DNA of 64,000 nucleotides from the human T2T-CHM13v2.0 reference genome, Homo sapiens (GCF_009914755.1 NC_060931.1), one strand, 5' to 3'. Positions 33,151 to 49,098 are shown, counted from the first letter of the stretch. Translations and numbers: made by a program. Notes: generated from the sequence alone by a model not told the origin.

Positions 33151-34017
33151 TAGGATCTTAAAAAAAATCTTGATTGCTCTGTCAGTGTTATTGAAATCAA
33201 GGATGTATAATATTATCAAGTTCAATCATCCTAAAAGGAAATTCAATTATAGTTTCATTTTTGTAACTGTTAAAAGCATTAAGATATAAACATGTTAAAC
33301 AATTCTCCTTTGAGACATAAACATAAAAACAGGTCTACTGATGAGTCTGTTGATTACCCTATTGCATTTTAGCCAATGTTTAAATATTTGGTCATGTATG
33401 TTATTCTTGAAGTGCAGAATGTGCTTAGGGTAATTATTAGCAACATTTAACCAAATTGGTTCTGTTATTTCACGCTGGAGGACCAGAGCAGGATGAGTCA
33501 GTAAGGGGACTTTTGAGAAATGAAATGTCAGTGTTTTTGCAACCATTTGTAGGCCATAAAAAAAAAAAATCAGATTTGTTCTTACAAAGAATGCAGGACT
33601 GGCCAAACACCAAGATGTTGCTACACAGAGAGAATAAAACAACCAGAGACAAAACCACAGCAGAACTGCTTTCATCCCCAAATTGCAGAATAAGTACTGA
33701 GATATGACCGAGAAACAGGGGAGAGAAAGGGTAAACAGTGGAGGAAAGAGATTTTTTTGACCTTATGCTAACTATTAATCTGAAGCTAGAAATGCTGATT
33801 TTATCTGAAAAATTAGAGCTTTCCACAGTTATTCATTTATTCAACAAATATTTGTTAAACTTCCATTATGTACCTAGAATCATCCTGGGCGCATAAGATG
33901 GAGCAGCAGACAAAACAAAAATTCCTGCCCTTATGGAACATATATTGGGGGAGGGGGTGTGGCAGAAATGCATACACATATTGTACATGTAGCAATGAGG
34001 TTAGATTAGATGGCTAC

Positions 34018-34435
<418 letters not shown>

Positions 34436-34818
34436 TAATGCTGCTGTTGATACCCCTCTTAGATTTTCTAATGAGACCTTCCTCAGCACTTTAATAATGA
34501 AATCTACTATATGACTCAAGGTTGATGTGTCTTACTCAGTGGCAAAGAACAGAATAAGAAATAGATCCAAACATATCGGAATTTAAGACAGTGGAATGAT
34601 ATCTTACAGAAAGGAGTCAGGGTATTGGGTCCTAAAATCAACACAGATCAAAGCTGAAATTAATAAAATAGAGAAAAATAGAATAGGATAAATAAAAACC
34701 AAAATCAATTCTTTGGGATGGTCAGTAGAAATGTAAACCCTTTGCAATATTGATGAAAATAAAAGTGAATATGTATCATAAAGGATGAGGAAAGAGAAAT
34801 AATCACAACTGTAAACGA

Positions 34819-35096
34819 TTTTTTTTTTTTTGAGACAGAATCTTACTCTGTTGCCCAGGCTGGAGTGCCTGGCTCACTGCAACCTCTGCCTCTCAGGTTC
34901 AATTGATTCTCCTGCCTTAGCCTCCTGAGTAGCTGGGATTACAGGCACGCGCCACCACGCCTAGCTAATTTTTGTATTTTTAGTAGAGACAGGATTTCAC
35001 CATGTTGGCCAGGCTGAACTCCTGACTTCAGGTGATCCGCCTGCCTTGGCCTCCCAAAGTGCTGAGGTTACAGGGCGTGAGCCACCACGCCCGGCC
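34819..35096 (-). mobile_element. AluS-like
   Basis: Antisense dimer. Confidence 0.9.
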
Positions 35097-37419
35097 TATA
35101 AAAGACATTTTTAAAAAATGATAGGAGAATACAAGAAAGTACATTTGTAATACATTTGAAAGTCTAGAAACAGTGGCTGATTTTTGAAGATAGATGGAGA
35201 GCTTCAGTAGGTTGATTAGCACCAAAGAGATTAAACGGTGATTAAGAGATATCATTTAAAAAGGAAGAGATGATACACAACTGAATTATTTCTAATCAGT
35301 GGAGAACAGATGAGTCCGATGCTATTTAAGCTATTTTAGTAGATGGAAAACTCCCCATTCATTTTCCAAAGCTATGATTTAATGTCAGAACCCAATAGAA
35401 ATTACATAAAAGAAAACTTTAGATTAGTTTTCTTATGCATGCAGATGCTAAAACCATAAATAAAATACCAGTAAATAGAATTCAGCAGTGTAGCAAAAAC
35501 TGATCAGCTATTATGACCAAATAGTTTTTATTTCAGCAACAAAAGAATAGTTCACTACTAGAAAAATCTGTCAACAGAATGTACTACATCAATAAATTAA
35601 AGGAGAAAACCATATGATCATATCATTCAGTGCTGAAAAGGCTCTGGGTACAATTCAGTTGTCATTCATAATAAAAGCTCTTAAGAAGGAACAGGAAAAA
35701 CACTACCTAGATATAGTAAAGACTGCACTCAACATGTTTTTACTAAGCATCCATTATATGCCCAGTAATATTCCAGCAGTTAACAGACAAAACATTTAGA
35801 GCCATCTCATTTTTTAAAAAAGAAGGAGTTGAATGTTTAGTTTGTCAGATGGTAATAAGCGCTTTGAAATAAGAAATAAAGCAGGGAATAGGAGGTTGCC
35901 AAGAGCTGGGATGTAGGAATTGTCAGGGAAGGACTCATTGGTAAGGTGATATTTGAGTAGAGAACTGTAGGAGAGCAAGTCAACAAAGCAGGCAAAAATT
36001 CCAGCCATCATGTATCCTACGGTCTCATGGTGGGGGAGGGGGCAATACAAAAAACATGATAAAAACATATAGCATATTAGAAGGTTATAGTGGAAAAAAG
36101 GAAAAACAGAGGAAAGTAAAGGGGACCAGGGCCCAGAGGATTTTGAAGGTCAGATTATAAAGTTAGTAGTCTCATTGAGAAGGTGATATCTGAGCAAAGT
36201 CTCAAAGGAGGTGAGGGAGTTAGCCAAGTAGATATTACAGGAAGGAGTGCTCCAGGCAGAGAGAAGAGTCACAGTAAAGTAGCTATCAAGAGACCACGCC
36301 TGGCCTAGTCAAGGACCTACAAAGATGTCAATAGGACTGGAGTAGAGTGAACAAGGGAGTGTGTGAAGGTCAGGTTATTTTATGTGGGACCTTGTAGACC
36401 ACTGGAAGGACTATTTTAAAAATTACCTTAATGAATTTTTATAAGGCAAACACTCTTATAACTATTACCCATGTTAAGAAATAGAACCATATCAGTCAGT
36501 CCAGAAGCTTTTTCATGTACCCTATCCCAAACTAAGTCCCCTCCTCTTCTCCCAAACTATCCACTATTTTGGCACCTTTAGAAATCACTTACTCTGCTTC
36601 TTTATACTTTTATTACCCAAATGTGCATTTAGACATTGTAGCTTATTCTTACTCATTAAAAATAATTTGACAAGTCTTCTCTTTTAATCGACAGATTTCC
36701 AAGTGATCCATTCCTTTCTTTACCATACACTATTTTTTGAAGAACCCAAGCTATTTAGCCTGTAAAGTTATTCACAATCTGAATTTTGCTGATTGGAAAA
36801 TTGTGCAGTTTTGCAATCGAACTGCTGATTATCCAGCATGTTCTTCTGAATTCTCTACTTCCTGTAAATTGATCGCTGAGCCCAGAGGCTTAATCACACT
36901 CAAGGTCTTATTTGGTGAGGCTATATACATTATGTGTGGTTGTCATTTTTCTTGTGATTTTAGCAGCCATTGATCCTCAGTGCCTAGATTCATCAATTTG
37001 TTGACTATTGTAAAGTGCTGATATTCTAATTCTGATCTCTTTTCTACATCTTACTTGGAACAATTTTATGAAGAGACATATCCTTGCCTCTATATTTTTT
37101 GGTTGCCCAGGGTTACAGCTTTTCATATACAAAAAGCATAATAAATACTTGATTCTTTTGCTTTTTTGGGGCCAGTTTTCAAGATAATGGTTTGGTTCCT
37201 TTTCATCTTCCCAAGAGACCAATTTTATATGTTTCTATCTGTTGCAATTAGCATTTTTATTGAGTTCAAATTGTTCCTTCTCTGGCCACTAGATGCTTCT
37301 ACACATTGCCTCCTGAGTACTTTTGCTGTGACCTCAGTTGTGTCTGATAGCTTCCTTGCTACCTGGTATGATAACATCTGGTGTGACAAGATAGTACATG
37401 CTCAGCTGAGCTTAGTGAT

Positions 37420-37588
37420 CAGCTGGGACTACAGGTGCCCGCCGCCACGCCCGGCTAATTTTTGTATTTTTAGTAGAGACGGGGTTTCACCCTGTTAGCC
37501 AGGATCATCTTGATCTCCTGATCTCGTGATCTGCCCGCCTCAGCTTCCCAGAGTGCTGGGATTACAGGCGTGAGCCACCGTGCCTGGC
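37420..37588 (-). mobile_element. Partial Alu (5' half only, no tail)
   Basis: Starts abruptly at agctgggactacagg. Confidence 0.88.
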
Positions 37589-38700
37589 TTGTTTATTTTA
37601 TATCAGTGCAAGTTGGTACCCTTTGACCTACATCTCCCCATTTCCTCCCATTTCTGCCCCTGGTAACCACCATCCTACTCTGCTTTGATGTGTTTTACTT
37701 TTTTAGATTCTGCATATAAGTGAGATCATACAGTATTTGTCTTTCTGTGTCTAATTTATTTCACTTAGCATAATGTCCTCCAGGTTTATCCATGTTGTTA
37801 CAAATGGCAGTGTCTCCTTTTTAAAGGCTGCATAATATTTCATTGTGAGTATATATTAATCCATATATATGTATATATCCATATCCATATCGTATATGTA
37901 TCACCATTTCTTTAGCCATTCATCCCTACATTTTAGGATTTTTTTTTTTCATTTTAGGACATTTTCAAAGGATTGTAAAAATTCTAAAAAGAGAATATGC
38001 AACAGATTATTCTTTGGATTATAGAGCCTAAACTATTTGCTGTCTAGTCTTTTACAGAAAAAATTTGCTGACATACACTCTAGTAGATTCTTCAGAAAGT
38101 GTCTGTGGGAACAATATTCTCTGAGTTTGTAACTTTGATAACAGCTGCTCTGTGCCTTTTATACTTTTACAAGTCATTTTTCCTGGATGTAAGATTCTTG
38201 GCTTATTTTTCTTCCATATGTATATTAAATAGATTGTTCAATTTCTTCTGGGGGAAAAAAGTATTGATATTCTACAAGAAAAGAAAATTAGAAGCCAGTA
38301 TTTCTGGTGAATATAGATGCAAAAATCCTCAACAAAATATTAGGAAACAAAATTCATCAGCACATTTATAAGGATCATTCACCATAATCAAATGGGACTT
38401 ATATTTGGGATACAAAGGTGATTCAAAATAATGCAAATTAATAAATGCGATATACCACATTTACAGAATGAAGGACAAAAATCGTATGATCACCTCAATA
38501 GATGCAGAAAAGGCATTTGACAAAATTCAGCATCTTTTCATGATAAAAACTCTCAACCAAATTAGATACAGAAGGAAGGTATGTCAACACAATAAAGACT
38601 ATCATAAGCCCACAGCTGACATCATCCTCAGTGGTGAAAAGTTGAAAGCTTTTCCTGCAAGATCAGGAACAAGACAGAATACCCACTCTCACCCCAATTC

Positions 38701-38999
38701 TTTTTTTTTTTTTTTTTCTGAGACATGGTTTCACTCTGTTGCCCAGGTTGGAAGGCAGTAGTGCAATCACAGCTCACTGCACCTCCTCCTCCGGGCTCAA
38801 GCAATCCTTCCACCTCAGCCTCCCAAGTAGCTGGGACTACAGGCACATACCCTCATGCCTGGCTAATTTTTGTATATTTTATAGAGTTGGGGTTTTGCCA
38901 TGTTGCCCAGGCTAGTCTTAAACTCCTAGGCTCAAGCAGTCCACTCACCTTGCCCTCCTAAAGTGCTGGGATTACGGGTGTGAGCCACTGTGCTTGGCC
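38701..38999 (-). mobile_element. AluJ-like inside L1MA
   Basis: Antisense dimer; decayed TSD actctcacc. Confidence 0.9.
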
Positions 39000-39783
39000 T
39001 TACTCTCACCACTTCTGTTCAGTACAGTACTGGAGTCCTAGCCAGAGCAATTAAGCAAGAGACAGAAATAAAAGGCATCCACATCAGAAAGGAAGAAACT
39101 AAATTGTCTCTGTTTGCTGATGACATGATCTTACATATAGAAAGTCCTAAAGACTCCACCAAAAATTGTTAGAACTAGTTAATGAATTCAGTAAAATTTC
39201 AAGATACAAAGTCAACATTCAAAAATCAGTAGTGTTTCTATACACTAACAATGAACTGTCCAAAAAAGAAATGATGAAAACAATCTCATTCACAATAGCT
39301 ACCAAAAAAAAGACTTATGAATAAATTTAAAATTTAATCAAGGAGGTGAAAGACTTGTACACTAAGAACTATAAAACACTGATGAAAGAAACTGAACACA
39401 CTAATAAATGGAAACATATCCTGTATTCGTGGATTGGAATATTGTTTAAATGGCCACACTACCTAAAATGATCTATAGATTTCAATACAATCCCTATCAA
39501 AATTTCAATGACATTTTCACAGAAATAGAAAAAGCACTTGTAAAATTTATGTAGAACTACAAAAAGCCCCAAATAGTCAAAGCAATCTTGATAGAAAAGA
39601 ACAAAGCTGGATGCATCACAGTATTTGACTTCAAAATATACTGTAAAGCTATAGTAATCAGAATAGCATGGTACTGGCATAAAAACAGACATATAAACGA
39701 ATGGAACTGAATAGAGAGCCCCCAGAAATAAACCCACATATTTATGGTCAGTTGATCTTAAGGGTGCCAAGAATACACAATAG

Positions 39784-40550
<767 letters not shown>

Positions 40551-41025
40551 TCAAAATGGATTAAAGGTTTAAATGTAAAACCTGAAACTGTATAACTATC
40601 AGAAGAAGACATAAGGGAAAAGCTCTGTGACATTGGTCTGGGCAATGAATTTTTGGATTTGACCTCAAAAGCACTGGCAACAAAAACAAAAATGGTCATA
40701 TGGGATTATGTCAAACAAAAAAGCTCTGCACAGTAAAGGAAACTATCAACAGAGTGAAGAGACAACCTATAGAATGGGTTGATATATTTGCAAACCATAT
40801 ATCTGATATGGAGTTAATATCCAAAATATATAAGGAACTCAATTCGGCAAGAAAACAAATCTAAAAAAATGGGCAAAGAACCTGATAGACATTTATCAAA
40901 AGAAGACATACAAATGGCCAACAGTTATATGAAAAAAATGCTTAGCATCGCTAATCATCAGAGAAATGCAAATTAAAACTACAGTGTACCTCATACCTGT
41001 TAGAATGGCTATTATAAAAAAGATA

Positions 41026-41536
<511 letters not shown>

Positions 41537-42469
41537 TCACATGTTCATTACAGCACTATTCACAATAGCCAAGATATCAACCCAAGCATCCATTCACAGA
41601 TGAATGGATAAAAAGAAAATGCGGCATACATACACAATGGAATACTATTTAGCCTTTAAAAGGAGGAAATCTTGTCATTTGCAACATCGTTAATAAACCT
41701 GTAGAACATTATTGTAAATGAAATAAGCCAGGCATGGAAAGACAAATACTTGGGATCTTATTTCTATGTAGAACCTAAAAAAGTCAAATTCATAGAAGCA
41801 AGAGTAGAATGGTGGTTACCAGGGCCTGGAGGTTAGAGGAGTGGGGATTAGAGATGTTGGATTAAAGGATATAAAATTTCATTTAGACAGGAAAAATAAG
41901 TTCAAGAGATGTATACTGTGGTGACTATAGTTAATAACAGTGTATTCTATACTTGAAAATTGCTGAGACTAGATTTTAAATGTTCTCATGACAAAAAAGT
42001 GATTATGTGAGGTAATGCACGTGTTAATTAGCTTGATTGAGCCATTTCACCATGTATACATATTTTAAAACATGTTATATATTCAGTTTTCATCAGTTTA
42101 AAAAACTTAATTTAAAAAAAAAAAGTTTTGATGTTGAAAAGTCTGATCTAATTTTCTTCTCCTATAGGTAATTTGGATACCTATACTTTGCCTAGATACT
42201 CAAATATTTTTTCTTTAAAGTGCAATAATTTTAATATGTTTTGTTGGTCATCATATAGCAGATATTCTCAGATATACCATGTGTTCTGTCAATATATAGA
42301 TTAAAAAAACTTTTTAAAAATAATGTTTTCTTAAATTTTGGTTTTTAGTATTTGCTGTGTTCCCTTTGATTCTCTTCTTCAAAGACTCCTATTTTTCATT
42401 AAAGACTTTTTTTGCCTGTTAATATTTTTCACTTTCTTTTGAATTGTTTTATTTCTTCTTAAATTTTAA

Positions 42470-42670
<201 letters not shown>

Positions 42671-43979
42671 TAGTTTAAATTGGAAAGCTTTTAAATCTTT
42701 GAAGGCATTCTATTTCACTTATAATTTCTTTTAAGATTCTCTTGTATTTACTAACTCTTGTCTTCCTTCTAGTTTAGTTTATTTTTGTAATGATTTTTCC
42801 TTCCATTTCTAAATTCCTGAGCTCTATCACCTTATTTCTAATATGATTTATGTATCATTTTCTCAGTGTCTTTTAGCTTGTTTTAAAATAGTAAGTTACA
42901 ATTTTAATGTTTTGTGGGCATGTCTTTTTTTCTCTATAGGAATGTTCTTCTTCTTCTCTGTTTTCTTTTAACAACTCTTTATGGTATTTGACCAAATACT
43001 TTTTTGTCACTCATTTTTACTGAAAAACAGTTTTCTCAAGCTTTTGGGAGGAGGAATAGTTCAAGCTGTCTTTATTAATTTCATAGCTCTCCATCTCCTG
43101 TTTTTTGGTTTTGTTCTGGTAAAGCGTTAAATAATATGGTGGCTTGCTTTCTGAGACTTCCTGACTCCATAGCCTCCCCTCGCTTGTATCGGGGCCTTCT
43201 CTTTCCTTTGTCTCTGTCACCATTGTAATTAGCCCAATTCTGATTCTCCTCCCAGAAGTTTCTAATTGCGATGTCCTGTCCTGGAAAGGAGCTTTGGCTG
43301 GTTGGTTTCAAGTTCATGTTTCCCATCTTTCTCTGGCCCCTTTGAGAACCTACCAGTGGCCCTTATAGTCACTTTTTGGTTTGATGAAACCCTTCCCAAT
43401 TTCAACTGGTGTTCTCAAATAGATCTGCTCTGATTTTTAGAGTTTGGTTTATGGCTGCTGTGGTGTTTCCCATTCTCAGTTTTCAGATGCGTTGTTGCTT
43501 CTTTTTCTTTCACCACATTAACATTCATTCCATGAGGGGATTGTGGTTACTGTTGGTTGTCTCCACGAACTTGTATTTTGGAGTTTGTGAGCTACTTTGT
43601 CATCTAGTTTTGTTGTCCATGGTGTTTTAGTTTTGTTATTGGATTACTTTGCATGTTTTTAGGGAATGATTTGGTGAGATGAAAACTATTCAGAATAGTT
43701 TTTTCTATTTGGATGATCTCATCAAATCATCCCCTAAATCTATACAAATCAGGAAATCTATTCAAATAGGAAAAACTATTCTGTGATTACTCAGATTCCC
43801 TCTCATTTCCAGTGCCTAGTCACTCTGAGTGACTAGGGAGTCATTGCAGGATTTTGAGCAATGGAGTGACATGACCTGACTGGTGTTTTAAAGGCTCTGT
43901 CTGGTGATAGACTGAGAATAGACCATAGAAATGTAGAGGAAGAAGTAGGGGGACCTATTAGAAGAATGTTGCAGAAATA

Positions 43980-44437
<458 letters not shown>

Positions 44438-44598
44438 TTAACTGAGATTAGAAGGCTGAGGCTGCCGTGCGGGTAAGGTAGACTTTAGGGGTGACATAAA
44501 GAGCTCAGTTTGGACTATGTTGAGCTTGAGATAGTTATTAGACTTCTGAGTGAAGATACTCTTCGTGATTCTGCGAGTCCCATGACAGCATGAGGTAA

Positions 44599-44922
<324 letters not shown>

Positions 44923-45671
44923 GTTTATCATAGAAAATTGGAAAATATGGATAAGTTAGGTAAGAAAATAAAAATCATGCTGCATTGTAAACATTCTGAT
45001 ATGATTCTAAACATACATATAACATGCATTTAGAACACATCGCTTTTTTCTTTCCAACTTTTAGGTTCAGGGAGTACATGCACAGGTTTGCTACCGGTAA
45101 ATTGTCTGTCACGGGGGTTTGGTGTACAGATTGTTTCATCACCCAGGTAATAAGCATAGTACTCTATGGGTAGTTTTTCGATCCTCACCTTCCTCCCACC
45201 CTCGACCCTTAAGTAGGCCCAAGCGTCTGTTGTTCCCCTTTGTATCTATGTGTGCTCAGTGCTTAGCTAGCACTTATAAGTGAGAACATGCAGTATTTGG
45301 TTTTCTGTTCATGTATTAATTCGCTTAGGATAATGGCCTCCAACTCCATCCATGTTGCTGCAAAGGACACTATTTCATTTTTTTATAGCTGTGTAGTATT
45401 CCATGGTGTATATCTACCACATTTTCATCATCCAGTCCACTGTTGTGGGCATTTAGGTTGGTTCCATGTCTTAGCTATTGTGAACAGTGTTGCGATGAAC
45501 ATACAGTTACATGTGTCTTTATAGTAGAACGATTTATATTCCTGTGGGTATATATCCAGTAAGGGGGTTACTGGGTCTAATGGTAGTTCTGAGTTCTTTG
45601 AGAAATCTTCGAACTGCTGTCCACAGTGGCTAAACTAATTTACATTCCCACCAGCAGATATAAGCATACTC

Positions 45672-46478
45672 TTTTCTTTGTTTTGTTTTGTTTTAAAACT
45701 AAAGCTTATTCTGGCCAATTTACTCTACTATTTTCTAATAACAGCTCATAGATCAGAAACGGTCTTTGTTTTAAACTTTCCTATCCATATGAAACACAAT
45801 GATGTTGGGGTAAGAGGGGCCTTTTCTCTAAATGAAAATACAATACTTATTCTGTATAATTCTAGAGGGCCCAGAGATGTGGAAATAATGTATTTGTAAG
45901 AATTATATTAAACAATCTTTATTTGATAAATAGTACCTTACAATCCTAATGCTATCTATCAAGCTTCAGTAAGAGCAATTTCAGCATCAAGTAATGAACA
46001 GTAGCTAAACTGACAAGAGATCAATCAAAAGGGCTTTAAATGGAGCAGCACCAGCTGATGTGCTGCTAAGGCTCTGGGCATTCAGGACTCTCCTATGGGG
46101 AAAACGGAATCAAACCAGCAGGTGCTCTGGACCTAAGCCTTCACATCGTGACCTGCCTCCCTCCTGGGGGTGTGGTGGCCCACAGTCCCCCTGGCATTTC
46201 TCGGCCCTTGTGGGCTGCAGACGGAAATCCTGGCACCAAAGGACAGCTTGGGAAAGGCTGAAACTTGACCTCACAGTCAGCTGGCTTCTGCCTATTGTGG
46301 TCATTTTCTTTCCAGAGCACCTAGAGCACTCGCACAGTGGACGTGGAAGCCACCCAGCATTCTTGGGCTGTTTTCTCATAGAAGAGGACCTTCCTCTAAG
46401 CATTGGAAGCGTCTTTCTCCAATTCCTGGGCCAGATCTTGGGCCATCTTCTTGTAGGTCATGGGTCTGACACACATGG
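45672..46478 (-). pseudogene. Diverged cTAGE/MIA2-like processed pseudogene fragment (coiled-coil end, 3'UTR, A-rich tail)
   Basis: Minus frame from 46461: MTYKKMAQDLAQELEKDASNA*RKVLFYEKTAQECWVASTSTVRVL*VLWKENDHNRQKPADCEVKFQ. Colinear with cTAGE5 as I recall it (TYRKRAKDLEEELER...HEKKAHDNWLAA...LRKENAHNRQKLTETELKF). Stops at 46396-46398 and 46321-46323; AATAAG plus (AAAAC)n tail at ~45672-45711. Confidence 0.75.
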
Positions 46479-46834
46479 TTCAAGTTTTCGTGGCTATTGT
46501 GAATGGGATTGTGTTTTTGATTTAGCTCTCAGCTCGGATATTGTTGGTGTATGGAAATGCTATTTTTGTACAATGATTTTGTATCCTGAAACTTTACTGA
46601 AGTTGTTTATCAGATCTAGAAGCTTTTGGGCAGAGACTGTGGGGTTTTCTAGGTATAAAGTCATATCGTCTGCAAATATGGAAGATAGTTGACTTCCACT
46701 CTTCCTGGATGCCTTTATTTTTCTTACTACGCTATCTAGGACTTCCAGTACTGTGTTGAGTAGGAGTGGTGAGAGAGGGCATCCTGGTCTTATTCTGGTT
46801 CTCAATGGGAATACTTCCAGTATGGTATGCTTCC

Positions 46835-47042
46835 AGCAGCACATCAACTGGTGCTGCTCCCTTTAAAGCACTTTTGATTGATTTCTTGTTAGTTTAGCTA
46901 TTGTTCATTACTTGATGCTGAAATTGCTCTTATTGAAGTTTGATAGATAGCATTAGAATTGTAAGGTACTATTTATCAAATAAAGATTGTTTAATATAAT
47001 TCTTACAAATACATAATTTCCACATCTGTGGGCCCTCCAGAA
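46835..47042 (+). repeat. Inverted copy of 45860-46067
   Basis: 208-bp ungapped reverse-complement match, 12 mismatches by hand count (~94%). Confidence 0.96.
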
Positions 47043-48392
47043 CATTTCAGCATGTTCTGGATGTTGGCTGTGGGTTTGTCATAGATATCACTTATTGTTT
47101 TGAGGTATGTTCCTTCGATGCCTAGCTTGTTGAGAGTTTTTAACATGAAGGGATGCTGAATTTTATTGAAAGCATTTTCTGTGTCTATCGAGATGATCAT
47201 GTAGTTTTTGTCTTTAGTTCTGTTTATGTGATGAATCACATTTATTGGTTTGTGTATGTTGAACCCACCTTGCATCCCAGGGATAAAGCCTACTTGATTG
47301 TGGTGGATTAGCTTTTGATGTGCTTCTAGTCTCTGTTTCCTAGTATTTTTGTTGAGGATTTTTGCATCTGTGTTCATCAGGGATATTGGCCTGAAGTTTT
47401 CTTTTTTTGTTGTATCTCTGATAGGTTTTGGTGTCAGAATGATGCTGACCTCATAGAATAAGTTGGCAAGGAGTCCCTCTTCCTGAATTTTTGGGAATAG
47501 TTTCAGTAGGTTTGGTACAAGGTCTTCTTTATACATCTGATAGAGTTTGGTTATGAATCCCTCCTGTCTAGGGCTTTTTCTGGTTGGTAGGTTTTTTAGT
47601 ACTAATTCAATTTAGGAACTCATTATTGGTCTGTAGAACACATTTTCACAAAGTTGAATTTCTATTGTATATACATTTTAAAATCTTCTTTCACAAGACA
47701 TGACCTGAGCATTTTCTAATAGTGAAAGTCTTTGAAAACATGGTTTTTAATGGTATTTCATTACATGTTTTACTGTAATAAACCTAACCACTTGGATTAT
47801 GTACTCTTTCACTCATTCCTTTTTGCATATCTGTTCCATCCCCTATGCTTTAATATGGAGGATTTGGTTTCTTGTAGTAGTTGCTGGGTATCATAATTCA
47901 GACCTGTGGTTTGGCAGTCAGCCTGGCTGTAGTGTTTAACTGAGTCTCGTGGAAGATCCATGCTTAAAATGAATGTCGTGGAGAATTGTATTCACCTCAG
48001 TCATTCAAGACTTTGGCATAGACCCCATTCCTTGAGGAGGAGTTGCCGCCACTGTGACTGCCACAGACGGAAGGAAGCCTGGGCAGTTGGGACTGGGGAG
48101 AACTTGCTGAGTCACAGATATCTTGTCTCAGTGTGCATGGGCCGTGTGTATTGAAATGTACCAGTCTGTGAGGCACTATGTTTTGAGGTCTCAGTAAGCT
48201 AAAGGGGTGTAGAATGGTATCTAGTTCATACCGTAGTATGCTTTAGATCTAAGTGTTGGTTAATTCTGTAAGGACTGAAGGAATAGGGGAGATTTAATGA
48301 GCTCCTTGCAGTCTGCAGGTTATTATCGAGAAAAGAAAATTAGGCTCTCAGTTCCAGGCCCATTTCCCTCTAATCACTGTGTCCTTTTGAAC

Positions 48393-48600
48393 AAAAGTTG
48401 GCAAACTTTTTCTGTAAAGGGCCAGATATTTTTAGCTTTGCAGGCCATATGATTTCTGTTGTAAGCATTGAGCTCTTCTGTTATAGAGCAAAAGCAGCCA
48501 TAGGCAGTACAGGAACAAATGGCCATGGTTATGTTCTAGTAAAACTTTATTTACATAACAGGCAGCAGGCCAGATTGGAGCAATAGTTGTCAACTCCTGC
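48393..48600. mobile_element. MER58A (hAT-Charlie)
   Basis: gttggcaaactttttctgtaaagggccagata ... gttgtcaactcctg. Confidence 0.75.
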
Positions 48601-49098
48601 TTTGAAAATGTTTTGGAAACTGTGTCTCCGTCTGTTAGTGGTCATTATCCTCAGTCTCTTAGGATCAGAGTTTTTCTTAGATTACAAAACTGGATCATAC
48701 AGACCTGACTTCCAGGTCTGCGTTCTCTCCACTACACTTTGCTGCCTCTTAGAAAAACATAAGCTAAATAACTAGAACCCATGGAAAGAGGGAAAAGTGA
48801 AGCCCAGAGAGCTGATGCGGGACTAAGAGGCAACTCTGAGAGTTTCAATGTGGAATGTTTGTGTGGCTCCCCAACCAGACCGTGACCTCCTTGAAGATTG
48901 GGACTGCATCGTATCTTGTTCTCATTTTCTATTTTATTTTAATGATCTATCCTTTGGGTTGAACGAATGTGTTTCTTGAACCCGATAAGTGCAACACTGA
49001 GTAAACACTTGTTTCTTTTCTCCCTTCCATCCTCCCAACTTAGTAGCTTCAATACATTCTTAGCTCTCCTCACTTGCTATTCTCTAACCATACCACGT

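Larger units (their letters stand above)
45041..47633 (-). mobile_element. 5'-truncated older primate L1 (L1PA13-16-like), interrupted by the cTAGE-like retrocopy and an inverted insert
   Basis: L1 3'UTR/ORF2 end at 45041-45671; RT-region peptides in ORFs 46560-46847 and 47003-47536; TSD TAGAACACAT at 45031-45040 and 47634-47643. Confidence 0.85.

Noticed and set aside
33295-33826. Overlapping 83-128 aa ORFs in non-repetitive sequence
   Set aside because: No recognisable protein similarity or exon structure; consistent with chance ORFs.
45860-46067. Five consecutive G-versus-A differences between the inverted arms, suggestive of editing
   Set aside because: Only 12 differences in total, polarity unknown without an outgroup, and transitions dominate neutral change.
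46060-46692. 210-aa + strand ORF and the overlapping 97-aa - strand ORF
   Set aside because: The + ORF is the antisense of the retrocopy fused to antisense L1; the - ORF is in a different frame from the one with cTAGE similarity. No evidence either is a gene.
47003-47536. 177-aa reverse-transcriptase-like ORF
   Set aside because: Degenerate L1 ORF2 fragment running into the inverted insert; not a novel RT system.
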